A stretch of DNA of 64,000 nucleotides, taken from the NCBI GenBank assembly GCA_905178155.1, contig CAJINV010000003.1:1999873-2063872 (forward strand), written 5' to 3'. The notes under the pieces are model-generated. The model saw only the letters and a list, made by a program, of their open reading frames with translations, made no database searches and was not told where the DNA came from. The first letter of the stretch is position 1. Each line of letters opens with the position of its first letter. The position numbers and the translations under genes were made by a program. This DNA comes from Amoebophrya sp. A120 (lineage: Eukaryota > Protista > Dinoflagellata). Shown here piece after piece: positions 35,292-47,380 of this stretch.

Positions 35292-38200
35292 CTAAACGAG
35301 CAGCCCGCCTGTGCCGCTTCTGATTCCCCCGGCCTCCGAGGGGGCCTCCGAGGGTGGGGCATCTGCCATTCCAGTGCAACTTTTCTGCTTCTGCCTCATT
35401 TCGTTCGTTGGCGTGAGACCGGTGTTTTTTGGGGGCGGCACTCCGCTCGTGTTGCGTGTCTTCGACAGCCGGAACATGCAGTACGCGATGTCCAAGGCCA
35501 TCTTGCAGACAAAAAGGCTGCAGGAGTGCATATCAGGTTCCCGCAGCTGCACCAAGATCACGTTCTCCTTGGCACCCCACTTGGTTATGCAGCTCTGCGC
35601 GCCCGTAAAGTAGAGAAACCTCTTGGCGAAAGTGAGGTCTGCTGCGCGCGGCGAAACCGAAATCGGTCGGGAAGATGTATTCGGATTCGCGTTGTAGGCC
35701 GGCTGCAGCTGCCCGTTGTTCGAGAGCTTTTTCATCTTCGGCGCCTTTCTCCCCAGCAACGTGATGCCCTCAAGGTCGATGCAGATCCAGTAGTGCATGT
35801 TGCTCCGGCCGAAGCGCTTTTTGTCCGTGAAGAGACCCGCCAGACCAGTGGTCGCGAGGGTTTGCTTGAAGGCTTTGGTCCTTACCAACGGCCTGAGCGG
35901 CACTTCACTTTCGGGACTCGACCCGAGATGGCCCAACGGGAGTTCTCGGATCGCGTAGAAGTACGACCCGTAAAACCGCAGTTGCTGCATGTTGTTCGTG
36001 GCGCGGGACATCTTTTGCAACGGCGTGTCGTCGAGCAAAAACCGGTACTCCCGCTGCCAGAGGTCCAAAATGGCGTCGGACCACTGCCGCAGCGACGGCA
36101 TCCGCGAGTAGTCGGAAACGATGAAGGGAAGCCTGCTGCTGACAACTTCGGAAGAAGGTTTTGAGGCTGCCGCGGCCAGTCCGGTCACTGCTGGCACGGT
36201 TGGCAATTTTTTCACATTCGCCTCCGACAACAAAGAGCCTCGCACGGGTGTCTCGAAGCCTCCTTCCGGGATCGACGACGGCGGACCAAGCAGCATGTTC
36301 GCACTGACGGCCTGGTTTCCGAGAGCAAGAATCGCACTTGTTTGCGCGTTCGTTTGACTGTTGTTTATCGCGTTCGCGCAGTCCATATCTACTGCAACGA
36401 CAGAGTTGACATTTATGGTGCCTAAACCCTCGATATTTATGCTCTTTCGCGGAGGCTGCGGCAGCTGCTCGTCATCCTCGCTGCTGTCAAGAGCATCTAC
36501 TTCGCAGGAGCTGGTGCCATCTTTAGGCGGTGTTCTGGGCGGCGGAGCTCCTGCTTCCCGGTTCTTGAGAGTTGATGTGCTAATGCAAACATCTCCCACC
36601 TGCTCTCGGGCACGCTGTTGGAACAAATGGAAGTTCTGACTGTGCACGACGTGCAGACCCACGAACTCGGGATCATTTACCAGGGGTGGCACTATCAAGT
36701 GGTTTCCGCGAAATATGGCGTCGAGCTGTTGCGGCGGGTGCGCGGGAACTGCGCACGCCATGTTGCGCTCCGTCTGCGCTACGGCCGGAATCGGGAGCGC
36801 CTGGACGCTCTGCTCCCGCAACGACATCGGAATTGCGTTTTGGTCAGTTGCGGGGAGTGGTGGCGCGACGCTGTGTTTGGCGGCGTGCAGTGTCGACTTT
36901 GCGTTCTTCAACGTGACCTCTTCCATCTGGCGCACGATGGTGGCCCGCTTCTCCTCCGGCAGCGGCCCGTGCCGCAGCGCGGACATGACCAACACGACGG
37001 TTGGCAGCAGCTTCTCCAATATGGGGACCAGGTTCCCAGCCTCGACAAATTCGCGGAACCATCGGTACTCGAGTGACAACACGCAGCACGCCACGTGGTG
37101 GAAGACCGAAAACAACGCATTCTGCTCTCTGTCCTCCTCGGAGATTATCGGAAGATCGTCCTTCTTCACACCTTCAGGCGAAGTAGGAGATTTATCTGAC
37201 GGACCGACACCGCCAACAGCAGTAGTAGTTGGACCCCCTTCAGAGGACTTCTGCGCTTTCGCCCGGCCATCTTCTGCAGTGGTTCCGCGTGCGGGCGGGT
37301 TGAACGTCTGTCCGGCCGTGTTTGCGGTAGCGGTTGGTTTCGGTTTACAACTTGATGAAGAAGAGGACGAAGTACTACTGGATGAGGCGGAAGTAGAAGT
37401 AGAAACACCAGCAGCTGCTTTCGTACAGAACGCCGCAGCGTCTACTTCACCGCAAACATCCTCCAGCAGCCCTGCGAGATGAGGATTGCACGAGCTCGGT
37501 CGCACCACTATTGGCATGGCCGCTGGGTACCGGAGGTACTCAAAGTAGGCCTGGCGAAAAGTTAAGCTGGCGAAAGACTGGTCGTTGCAGGCGATGTTTT
37601 CCGTCTTGATCAGGTACTGCCGCTTCCACAGGAGCCGGGACTGTCGGCCACATTTGCGGTACAGCGAGTCCCACTTGTCTACCAGGTCGCCGAGGGCTAC
37701 GTTATCCGGGATAATCCGGTGCGTTTCGACGATGTCTTCCATAAGTTGGAAGAACCCGAAGCTGGGCAATGAAGAGGAAAATGAATAAACGTCAGCACCG
37801 AGGAAGTGTATCAATCTAATTCTTGCAGCAAATTCTGTGTTGCGCTTGTTGAAGAAGAACTCTACCTTTGTGGCTGGCGGGGTGCTGCGAGATTGATATT
37901 AGTACATCAAATCAAATTCTCAAGTGTACCCAATGCTGTTTTCAGGAGACATGCGCAGGATTTCTGCCATTTTTGTGCCGAGCTCCCCAATCGTGGTGTG
38001 TCGCTTGCACCGCAATTTCCGTGCCGTGTTGTCCATTAGAAAAACTTCGATTTTAACGGTGTTCGCTTGCTGCTCTGCCTTTTGCTCGCCTGCGGATGTT
38101 GACCGTTGAAAATCCAAGAGCGAAGTAGCACTGGCAGGCATTTACATTTTCCAAGAGCAAACATGCATGCAACACAAACGGCACTTTTGATAAGTACGAC

Positions 38201-41200
38201 CTAGCTACTTGAATTGAATGGTTTTAGATTCGCATAGATATAAAGTGAGTGAAGAAAAAACAAATTACAGTACGTGGAGGTTTTGCAGCTACCACTCCAG
38301 CCTTGTAAAGATTGTAGCCTAGCGACTCCTGCTCCTTTGTATCCATGGCCTCTAAGTTCTGCTCCAGCGCATAGAAACAATCTTTCGCTATTTCCGCAAT
38401 TTCGAGCTGCATGCGATGCGTGAAATGCAATTCCAATTTCAACCAGGTTCACGTAGGGATCTTTTGAAGTGCTACAACATCAAGCAGCATCACAAATGAA
38501 GTGCGAGACAACCAGGTCAAGTATCAAAACGAAAAATCAAGAGAACAAGAATAGAAAAAGCGTGTACAACTGTACCCGTTTCGCCGTCCTTCTGTTGCAC
38601 TCGACCGTCATTTTGAGGAAGCAGACAACGAATTCCACGAGATCTGCCTTCGGTGCGGCTTGCTGGCACAAGAGGTGCAGCAGTTTCCAGCCCAGCAGTT
38701 CCGACCGGGGGTTGGGGTTGTTGCGGACCTGCTTCATGCTCTGCAAGAAAATTTCGTTCCGGATCTCGGGTTCCGCCTTCGCCATAGCGACAATGGTAAA
38801 GGCGAGCACCACGCGCTTGCTGTCCTGCACCGGTCGGTCGTTCATCCAGCCCAAAATGTTGCGAAAGCACTGCAACACGGTGCCGACATGCTTTGCCGGG
38901 ACGGTCGTCGTTAACGGCGCGCGCAGGCGCTGCTTCCCGTGTTCCAGAAACGTATCATAACCCGTTTTCCTGTTTAGAATTTTTTGGAAATGATCATCAT
39001 GATTAGATCTTAAATTATCATTTGATGTTGTTCCAACGTGTAATTCATTGATTCAACATCCATTTGGCTTTTGCTTGAGTTTGAGTTTGAGTTCTTCGAA
39101 AGTTATAAAGTTAAAGTAGATAGTACTAAAAATCTAAAGATAATCGTCATGCCGTGCGACTCACGGCAACGCGCGTTCAATTCTACTCAAAAGTCTAAGT
39201 CATAGTCAAGGTATTCGAATCTTACGGGTCGATCACGGGTTTTGTCTCGCGGAGGTGCGGATAGTTGTAGAGGATTCCAAACTCCCGCACGGCAACGTTC
39301 AGCTCGACCTGTGTGGTGCCGGGGTGGAAGAAGAGCGATTTGCGCCGCTTGTGCGCGGCGCTGCTGGAAGAGGACGCCGCGCTGCCCGAGTTTCGCGGCC
39401 CCAGGGTTTCGCGGAGGATGCTGTGGGCGTTTTCGATGATCGGCTTCGACACGCGCAAACGCTTGGCCTGGTCAATCAGGTTTCGCACGGTTTCCTGCAG
39501 CAGGTCCTTTTTTCGGTACATGAAGCCGTACTCCTCGTGGTCGTCCATTTGGTAGCCCGTTCCGTCCTGTTGGTCCGGGTACTCGTAGTTAATGGGCACG
39601 TTGCCGTGGTACAAGTCGTACAGTTGCTTACTCACGTGCGTCAGCAGGTTTCCACAATACTCCACGGTCGACAGCTTCTGGAACAGCTGGTTGTATGGCT
39701 CGATGTCGTCCGACTTGAGACCCTTATTCGTGGCGAGAAGCAAACAGTTCCCGAGGCCGAAGCAATCGTAGGTGAGCTTGGCTTTGTACAGTTCGCGTTT
39801 TAAATCCTCAACCTCGGATTCCACCAGCCCTGTGATCGTCATCTTGCGTTTCCGCTCCACGGACACCCGCCGCGAGGGTGTGGGTACCTTCTTCGCATGT
39901 TGACTGCTGGTGCTGGTGCGCCCTTGGAGTTGCACCTTTTCCGGCGAGAGCAGCGCTGCAGTCTCGGGCTCGGGCTTGGGCGGCGGGGGCCAACCGCCGA
40001 GCTCGCTCAGGCTGTGGAGTGAGTTCTTGCGAAAGTACAGTTCTTCTGGTCGGTTTATTTTTCAATGGTAAAAAAGGCATTCGCATTTATTGCAAAAGAG
40101 ATGAGGGCGAGCGCGACAAGAGTGTATGATGTCGAAACCCGCTTTTCCCAGAACAAAACGAAAACAGCGTGGCTACTTCCTTTCACGAGTCCACCTGGCA
40201 CTGACTACTCCCACACAAGAAACATCTACTACATCACTGGGCCGGAAAGAGGAGCGCTAAAGTCGCTCTACGTCTTCTTTAGCTACGTATACCGGTCCGT
40301 GGCTGCTTTGAAGAGAGCGACGCCTTCGGGCTTGATCCAAGCAGTTGCGTCCCGGGTGGCGAGAGTCGCGTCTGCTTGCTGGATCCCTTTCAAGACGCGA
40401 TCGATCTCCTCGGCGTCCGTTTCTCGGGCACAGGCACGCAGCGCTTCGAGCATGGGCAGTTGCGCGGTCACCTTGTCCATGCGCTGGCGCAGCACTCGGG
40501 CCGCGTACCCCCGCTGTACGTTGCGAAAATCCTTGCCGGTTTCCGCGCAAAACCACCGGTCCACCCCGTTGTGAAGGATTCTGGCGCGCGAGACGTACCG
40601 GTTCAACTTGATGATGTCCGTCGTCACCTCGTACTCCCGGTCTCGCAGGTAGTGCACGAGATTCAGCTCGTTGAATATTCTGGTGGAAAATTCGTCCGCG
40701 AGAAACAGGTTCGGCGGTTGCAGTGGCATTCTCCTCCCCTCGTCCACTCGGTCCGCGCACCATTTCTGCTGCCTCTCCAGGTTCGCCACGGTTTCCTGGG
40801 CCTCCTGCCGGCCGCTGAGCGGCTCGTGGGCGGGTCGCCGCGGTCGTGGCGACGCCGGTCCTCCGGAGGGATCGGGGACCGCCGCGTGTGTGCCGAGGAG
40901 CAAAAGTGCTGTCGGGACACTGTTGGCGTATCCTGAGTAAAAACGTACCCACGCCAGAGTCCCGATGGGGATTTTGCAACACAAACCTAGGAGCTTTGTG
41001 AGTCGGCATGACAAGTTGCGCTATGCAGTGTAGTGCAGGTTAGCAAGTGCAGCCGCATCACAGATTCATCTGCTCATCCTGTTCACAGCGTCACAAATTC
41101 CAAAACACGACTGGAAGTGGCTCTCATGGGGATGCGCATTACAAGTCTTCCTCTCTTTTCAAATCTGCACTACAACTCTGGTGTGGGTACGTTTTTACTC

Positions 41201-44200
41201 AGGATATGGCGGGCAGCTGGTTCGCGGCTTCGTCCACTTGGTCTAAATTCATGACGGTCTCTATGAGATTGCACAACTCCCGCCCCTCCCCCTCATTTGT
41301 ATTGTATGAGCAGCAATACAGACACCAGCTCAAATGGAGCCTGCGCATGACAAATCTACACACGGATTGTAGGGCTGTTTGTGGTTCTAAAATTTGTCAT
41401 GCTAACTGTGCTTACAGACAAGATGTGGATCTGGGTTTTTGCATCACAAATGAAGAGGGGGAGGGGGAGTTGTGCACTCTCATAGTCTCACCTTCCAGGA
41501 CTTCCGCGGGCTTCAACGTGCGCGAGACCATGCGTTCCGTCACGTCGATTCCGTACATTCCGTCCGCCTGCTTCAGGAACACAGACAAAAGACGCGTGAG
41601 CTTCAGCGTCTGACGCGTCCGTTGCCGTACCCGGAAGCCGCGGTAGATCTTCTGAATCTGTGTCGCTTGGGACACCAGCGCGAGGTTCTTCTGGTAGAGG
41701 AGACTTCGCTGCACGACGAGGCGCATGAAAACTTTTGTTTTCCCCACCACAAAATCCTCCTCGCTCACCGCGTCCCGGTGTCCCAGCAGCATTGGTAAAT
41801 AGGATACCACGTCCTTCATCCGTTGCTGCATCGAAGCAGTCTTACCGGCCGTCGAAGAACTACTAGTACAACTACCCGAAGAAGATGAAGATGATCCGCT
41901 GGTTACAAAATCGAGCATGGCCTGCAAAGAAAGCGGGTCCCTCGCGGCGGCGGCAGCAGCTCTATCTGCAGTTGTCTCTGCAGCTGGTGCTACGCCGCCG
42001 CCCTTGGAAGATGATGATGAATTTCTTCCGCTCGGCCGCGGTACTGGAACGAATTTGTGGTCTTGGAGCAGCTTCGCGCGAATCTTTCGCGGGTACACGC
42101 AGAAAAACCTCTTGAGAAACTCCACGAAGCACATATCACGAGGAAAAATCCCCCCTCCCCATATCAAAAGGAAGTTTCTGATGCTGGATTTGCGTATACA
42201 AATCAGGTTTGTCTTGCAGTAGAGGGCAGCAGGCTCCTGCCAAGCCTGAGTAGAGAGCTTTTTGCCTAGGCGCTTAGCATGAGAAACGTCTATGCTGTAG
42301 GCCCAACAGCATCACAAACCGCCTTCATAATACGGCAGAGCCTGCGGAGTTGTCTTCTTGCAAGACAGACGCGATCTGTGGTCTCAAATCAGCAAGACAA
42401 ATTTTCGGGACCATACCTTTTCGATATGGGGAGGGGGGATTTTTCCTCTCGATAGCACACGCGAAAGGGAAACCCGGATTGCCGGATCTTCACGGCCTCC
42501 ATGGTATGAACTGCAAAAGTGTATGGGTCTGGAAGATTAGGACTTGTCATGCTAAATCTCAATGATGCAAAAATCTGTGTTGCGTGAGTACCAAAAGCTG
42601 TCCGCTTTTGACCAAGTTGAGGGGGAGTTTCTCATGCACGAAAGGCATGATAGAGACCTCAAAAAATCTGTCATGCTGGGTCTCGCATTCCAGACCTCGT
42701 GGGTCATGGAAAACCTGCATCACAAGTCCTGCATTCTTCCAGACCCAGACATTTTTACACTTGATACATGGCCCCCGAGTTCAAAAGTTGCTCCATGACC
42801 GCTTTTCCGTCGAACTGGCAGGGCAGCTTGTCCGAATTGGGCTTGATGCACCGGATGAAGTGTGGGTCGGTGCACCGCACTTCCTCGATCAACTTTTTCA
42901 GAGACGCGCGAAACTGCAGCGAAACCGTCAACTTCTTCGACTGCAGCGCCATGCGCGACTTGTAGCCCACCACCGCCGGCGCCACCTGCTGCGACGTGGT
43001 CGAAGACGAGTCGGAAGATTTGTTAGGCGCGAGGCCGTACTTGGTCGCACAACGCGCCCCCATCTGGGACAACACGAGGCTCTCGGCTTTTTGCATCAGG
43101 TCCACGGTTTCCCGGGGCGGTTCGTCCAAGTTTTTCTCCAGCCAGCCGACGCACGAGTACTCGACCTCGCCGGCAAAGTGCTTGATGGCGAACTGGGGCC
43201 GCGAGAAACGGTTCTTCACGAACCGGGCGTGCTTCTCGAAGTTTTTGTTTACCTTTTTGGCGTAGGTTTCAAAAGTCGCCTTGTTCACGTTCAGCTCCTC
43301 GTCCAGACAGTCCAGGATGCCCTGCTTCCCCTGGATCAACTCCAAAATGTCCAGGTTGTCGAAGAACTCTAAACGCAAATCCACCTTCACCCCCTCCGCC
43401 GCGTAATCCTGCAGCTCCGACTTGAACACATAGTCGTTGAAGTACTGCTGCAGCGTCTCGTTGGATAAGTTGATGAAGAGCTGCTCCAACGAGTTGGATG
43501 CGAAGGACTCGAACCCCGCAATGTCCAGAATGCCGATGTAATTCTTCAAAGGAGCAGAGCTGGTGCTACTAGAAGTACCGCCGGCATTTGTTTTCGTGGC
43601 AGTTGCTGCAGGAGTTGGCGTTGTACCTGCTCCAACAACGCTCGCTTTCGCCTTTTTGGTGGGCGGAAACAGCGTTTCGTTCATCACGGCGAGCATCTCC
43701 TTGAACAAGTGTAAGTAAAAAAGCTTCGCCACAGCGTCCCGCGCGGCCAGAGCTTTCTCCGTGTTCAGCAGCACGGGCGTAACTTCCTTCCCGACAATCA
43801 ACTTCTTCACAGTGAGGCACTCCTTGAACTTTTCCAGCAAGCTGTCCTGGTTCGTTGTGTTCTGATCCTTTTCAACACCTCCATCCGGACGGTGGACCGG
43901 CGCAAAGCCGAGCAGCCGCGCGGCGTCCAGCAACACGGGCGGATTGGCAACGACGCTGCCTTCCCCGGTGTCATCCGGTTTGAACTCCACATTTCCGAGC
44001 GTCAAAATTGCTGCGACGATGCGCATGATGCCGTTGATGCGGTCCAAAGGGAAACCTATGTTTAGAAACGACTCGTACGTTTCTCGCCAGGCCGTCTCGT
44101 CACAAATACCCTGCACGCCGGTCACGCAGCCGTGCTTCAGGTATTCGTACTGTTCCAAGGCCCGTCTTGTGACGTTCGTGTTCACGCAGTAACCAAACAC

Positions 44201-45332
44201 GCTAGCCAGCAAATCCGCGGCCGGCACGGTAGAAGTCGTGGCACCCGGCTTCGCGTTCATCTTTGGTGCGCCGCCACAGGAAAGAAGCTGGTAAAAAATG
44301 TGGTAATTGCGCTCCTCCGGAGCCTGCGTTACCACTCTTGTGGTTTCCAAAAGGTAGTCGGTGATCTCCGCGCCCTCGATTTCCATTTTCTTCAAGAACA
44401 TCACCTTTATCCACTTCCCAAAGCGCGACGAATTGTTGTTGCGGATCGTCTTCGCGTTTCCGAACGCCTCCAAAATCGGATTGGTGGAAAGAATTTTGTT
44501 CTCGATCCCCAGCTCCGTGTTTCCGGCCACGTCCGCCAGGAAACTCAGCACGTGCTTCGTGCTCTCCGTCTTGCCCGCACCAGACTCCCCGCTGATCAAC
44601 ACGGACTGCGGCGTGCGCTCTGTCATCAAGCCGTGAAACGCGTCCGCACCTGGAGAGGTATCAAAAAAGATGAAAACTTCTCGAAGTGTGAAGAAGAACA
44701 TCAGCTGTGTAATCCGAGACGGGTGCTCCCAGTCTAGGATATCCGCCAGTCGAAGTACATCATTGATGAAAGGCAATACAAAAACGAAATTTTGAATTAG
44801 TATGCTGACGCTGATGTAGATGAAGCCTTCCATTGAAGCAGTTACAGTTGCATATAGTTGTAACGACAGGTTTACCTATGCCAAACACGTGCGGCTGGGG
44901 GTGATTTGCTTCTTGCGAGTAGACGTCTACGAATTCCGGGGTGTAGATCTGAAGTTCCTCGAAGGGGTTAACCGCTAACACGATCCGTGCTACGTTGGTG
45001 TAAATTTCCTTCCGTTCAAAGCGCGCACGCACGGTGGCCAGCAGCGCGGCCTCGCTGATCGCGGTCAAGTTGCAAATATTCGGGAGTCCCAGCAACTGCT
45101 CGTCGTTCACGGGGGCCAGCTTGTCGGCTTCCGCCAGGGGCAGCTTTCTCTGCTCGATGTTGCAAGTGAGTTCGTCAAAGGGCTCCTTGTTCGTCGTCGA
45201 CGTGGACATAGGTATCACGCGGAAGGTGGACGTCTTGGTCTGCTCACACCGCAGAAAGAGCTGGGCCGCCACATACCCGTGCTTGGCGTCGGGCAGCCAA
45301 AACCGGCTTCCCTCCTCGAACATCTGGCTCAT
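35292..45332 (-). CDS. Second unconventional myosin with IQ, MyTH4 and probable FERM tail, multi-exon
   Basis: FWLPDAKHGYV, IYTNVARIVLAVNPF, GESGAGKT, NNNSSRFGK, ILDIAGFE, FIRCIKPN, IQKIYRGF; MyTH4 at ~38540-38950 (FRNILGWM..NEIFLQSMKQVRNNP..GWKLL); FERM-like IEVFLMDNTARKL and LRFYGSYFY. Some tail exon borders are unresolved. Confidence 0.9.
40929..41206. mobile_element. MITE-like intron, TIR type E
   Basis: TSD tggcg; TIR tatcctgagtaaaaacgtacccac; removal restores NQLPANSVPT. Confidence 0.94.
41262..41484. mobile_element. MITE-like intron, TIR type C
   Basis: TSD gtctc; TIR tatgaga(t/g)tgcacaactccc; homologous to 2777-2987. Confidence 0.94.
42134..42454. mobile_element. MITE-like intron, TIR type D-related
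   Basis: TSD gcaca; TIR gaggaaaaatcccccctccccatatc; removal restores GFPFRVCFVEFLKRF. Confidence 0.94.
42505..42766. mobile_element. MITE-like intron, TIR type A
   Basis: TSD catgg; removal restores SGAMEAVKIRQ. Confidence 0.94.
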
Positions 45333-46153
45333 CTTGACCTTCTTGTTCAAGGTGGAAGCAGCAGCTCGGCGCCTGGCGGGGGCCTGTTGACGAGAGGTCG
45401 TGCCGACTTGTGGATTACGTGGGTGAGACAGACTGGTGGCAAAAATCGCTAATTACTCGTAGTGGTGCTTCTAGGCGGGTCGGTTCGTCAACAGTGGCGC
45501 GCAGCCCTTGTCCAAATGCAGCGCACTCTACATCTTCTAGTGCCTGGCTGCCTTCTGAAAACGCACGTCGGTAACCGCAGTCAGCGCATGCTGCAGCCGC
45601 ACAGCTTTTTGTATTTGTAGTGAACTGCAATTCCTGTTTAACACCGTCATCTCTCGCGCTCAGCAGGTAGATATTTGATCATGGTGCAAGCCGTTTTCCT
45701 TTTTCAAGAACCAAAACCAATCCAGAAAAACTTAACACAACACCGGCGGAACAACCTTGGATATACGATGATCTGATCGAAATCCGAATGGGAGTGCACT
45801 TTTACAATGAAAAGTGCGCGAGCGCGCTGCACTGACGGCGACGAAAACCAAAACGAAAACCACTGTAATTGAACGACTGCAAGTTTGTCAATGAGTATGA
45901 GGCTATATTTTCCGAAAAACCCACACTGTGGCGCAATACACAGCCCAAACACTGGCACCAATCCATCGAACAAAAACTTTGCGGAAAATTATCCGAGCGC
46001 AGGGTCGTTCCTCTTCCTGTAGTTGCGACAAGCGCGTGCCTATCATCGCACGTCGGTGTCCTCGGTAAGACATAATCTTGTTCCAGGGAACTAACTCGGG
46101 TCAGAAAACGAAAGTCTTTCTTGCTCAATCTATCAGGCTTCTATCTTCTACTT

Positions 46154-47380
46154 CTACCGCTTATGATTCAAAGCAGAATGAAGCTCATAGACTTGCAGCG
46201 GATTGTCCCAAACACAGGTGCGAAACAACTTGCCCAAAAGCGGCTCCTGGTGTCTCGCCTCGGACGATCCTGCGAGCCAATCGGCAAAGGGACCCGTGAC
46301 CGGAGTGTTCCACTGAAATTTCGATGTAGTCACGGTCCTCACGTTATCGTCCCCCACAGCAACGTGCTTTTCAACGACCACAATAGGGCCCCGGGGCGAC
46401 GTTGTGCTGGCCTTCTTGTTGGTTGCCGAACGGGGCGACAAAAAGGAGCTGAGCTCTACTTGTTTATTCTCCCTCGCACTTCTTGGTGACGCGCCACTAG
46501 TTGCGGTTCCGGTGAGCTTCGCGGCTGTGCCGCCTCCTGGTGACGTAGAAAGTCGCTTATTTGCGAAGTCGAACTTCGGCGACGTCGCTGTGGGTCCTCC
46601 GTTCGATGAGGACCCGGCGGGCACGCTTGACAAAAAAGGATTGGCAGTGAACTCGAAGCGAAAGGTGTGGCTGCCATTCTCATCTTCGTTGTCCTGGAGA
46701 TAAACCTCCGTCAGGAACGAAAAGAGCTCCGCCTCTTGGTCGCTGAACTTGAAAAGTTGCGGTGCCGGTGTCATGACCGGCAGATTTGACACAGCAAGCC
46801 CATGTGGTCGCGTGGGTCCGGTCGCAGCACTGTTGGTCGCATTCATTTTCCCAGCACGAAGTAACGGATTCGCAGCGGAGGAAGAGCTCGAGCTGGAAGA
46901 GCCGACATTCGTCATCTGGTGCGTCGCTTTATTAACACTAGTGCCTTTGTTTGACGCACTCGGACTCGTGGCTGTGGTTGTTTGTATGCTTCCCAAAGCA
47001 GGTCCTCTTATTCGTCCAGAGATACCACCAGTGCTGCCATTCTTTGCGCGCCCAAGGCTGGTGCTGTCCACTAACATCGGCAAGCTTTCGAACACATGCT
47101 TCCAAAAGTACGGAATGCGTCGGAGTGCGAGACTGCGCTGGATCAGAATAGGCCGTTTTCGATCCTCCTGTGCAAGCTGCTTTGCAATCTGCTCGGCCGC
47201 GCACCGCTCCTCAAGGGCTTGGATTTCGGCTTGGCATTCCTCCAGTTGCGCGATTGTATCTGCGCCTACTTTCTGTTTCCGCGGTTCAGTCAAACAAGGG
47301 CTTAGCTTCTGGCGCTTGGCGCTCGGGAAACCTAGATCGACGCCGCTCTTCCCGTTTGTCTCCGTCGTCCCACGCTTCAT
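46154..47380 (-). CDS. Nucleosome assembly protein (NAP/SET family) with low-complexity insertions
   Basis: RPILIQRSLALRRIPYFWKHVF, FRFEFTANPFL, FADWL, LGKLFRTCVWDNPLQVY. Confidence 0.88.
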   Translation of the reverse strand: MKRGTTETNGKSGVDLGFPSAKRQKLSPCLTEPRKQKVGADTIAQLEECQAEIQALEERCAAEQIAKQLAQEDRKRPILIQRSLALRRIPYFWKHVFESLPMLVDSTSLGRAKNGSTGGISGRIRGPALGSIQTTTATSPSASNKGTSVNKATHQMTNVGSSSSSSSSAANPLLRAGKMNATNSAATGPTRPHGLAVSNLPVMTPAPQLFKFSDQEAELFSFLTEVYLQDNEDENGSHTFRFEFTANPFLSSVPAGSSSNGGPTATSPKFDFANKRLSTSPGGGTAAKLTGTATSGASPRSARENKQVELSSFLSPRSATNKKASTTSPRGPIVVVEKHVAVGDDNVRTVTTSKFQWNTPVTGPFADWLAGSSEARHQEPLLGKLFRTCVWDNPLQVYELHSALNHKR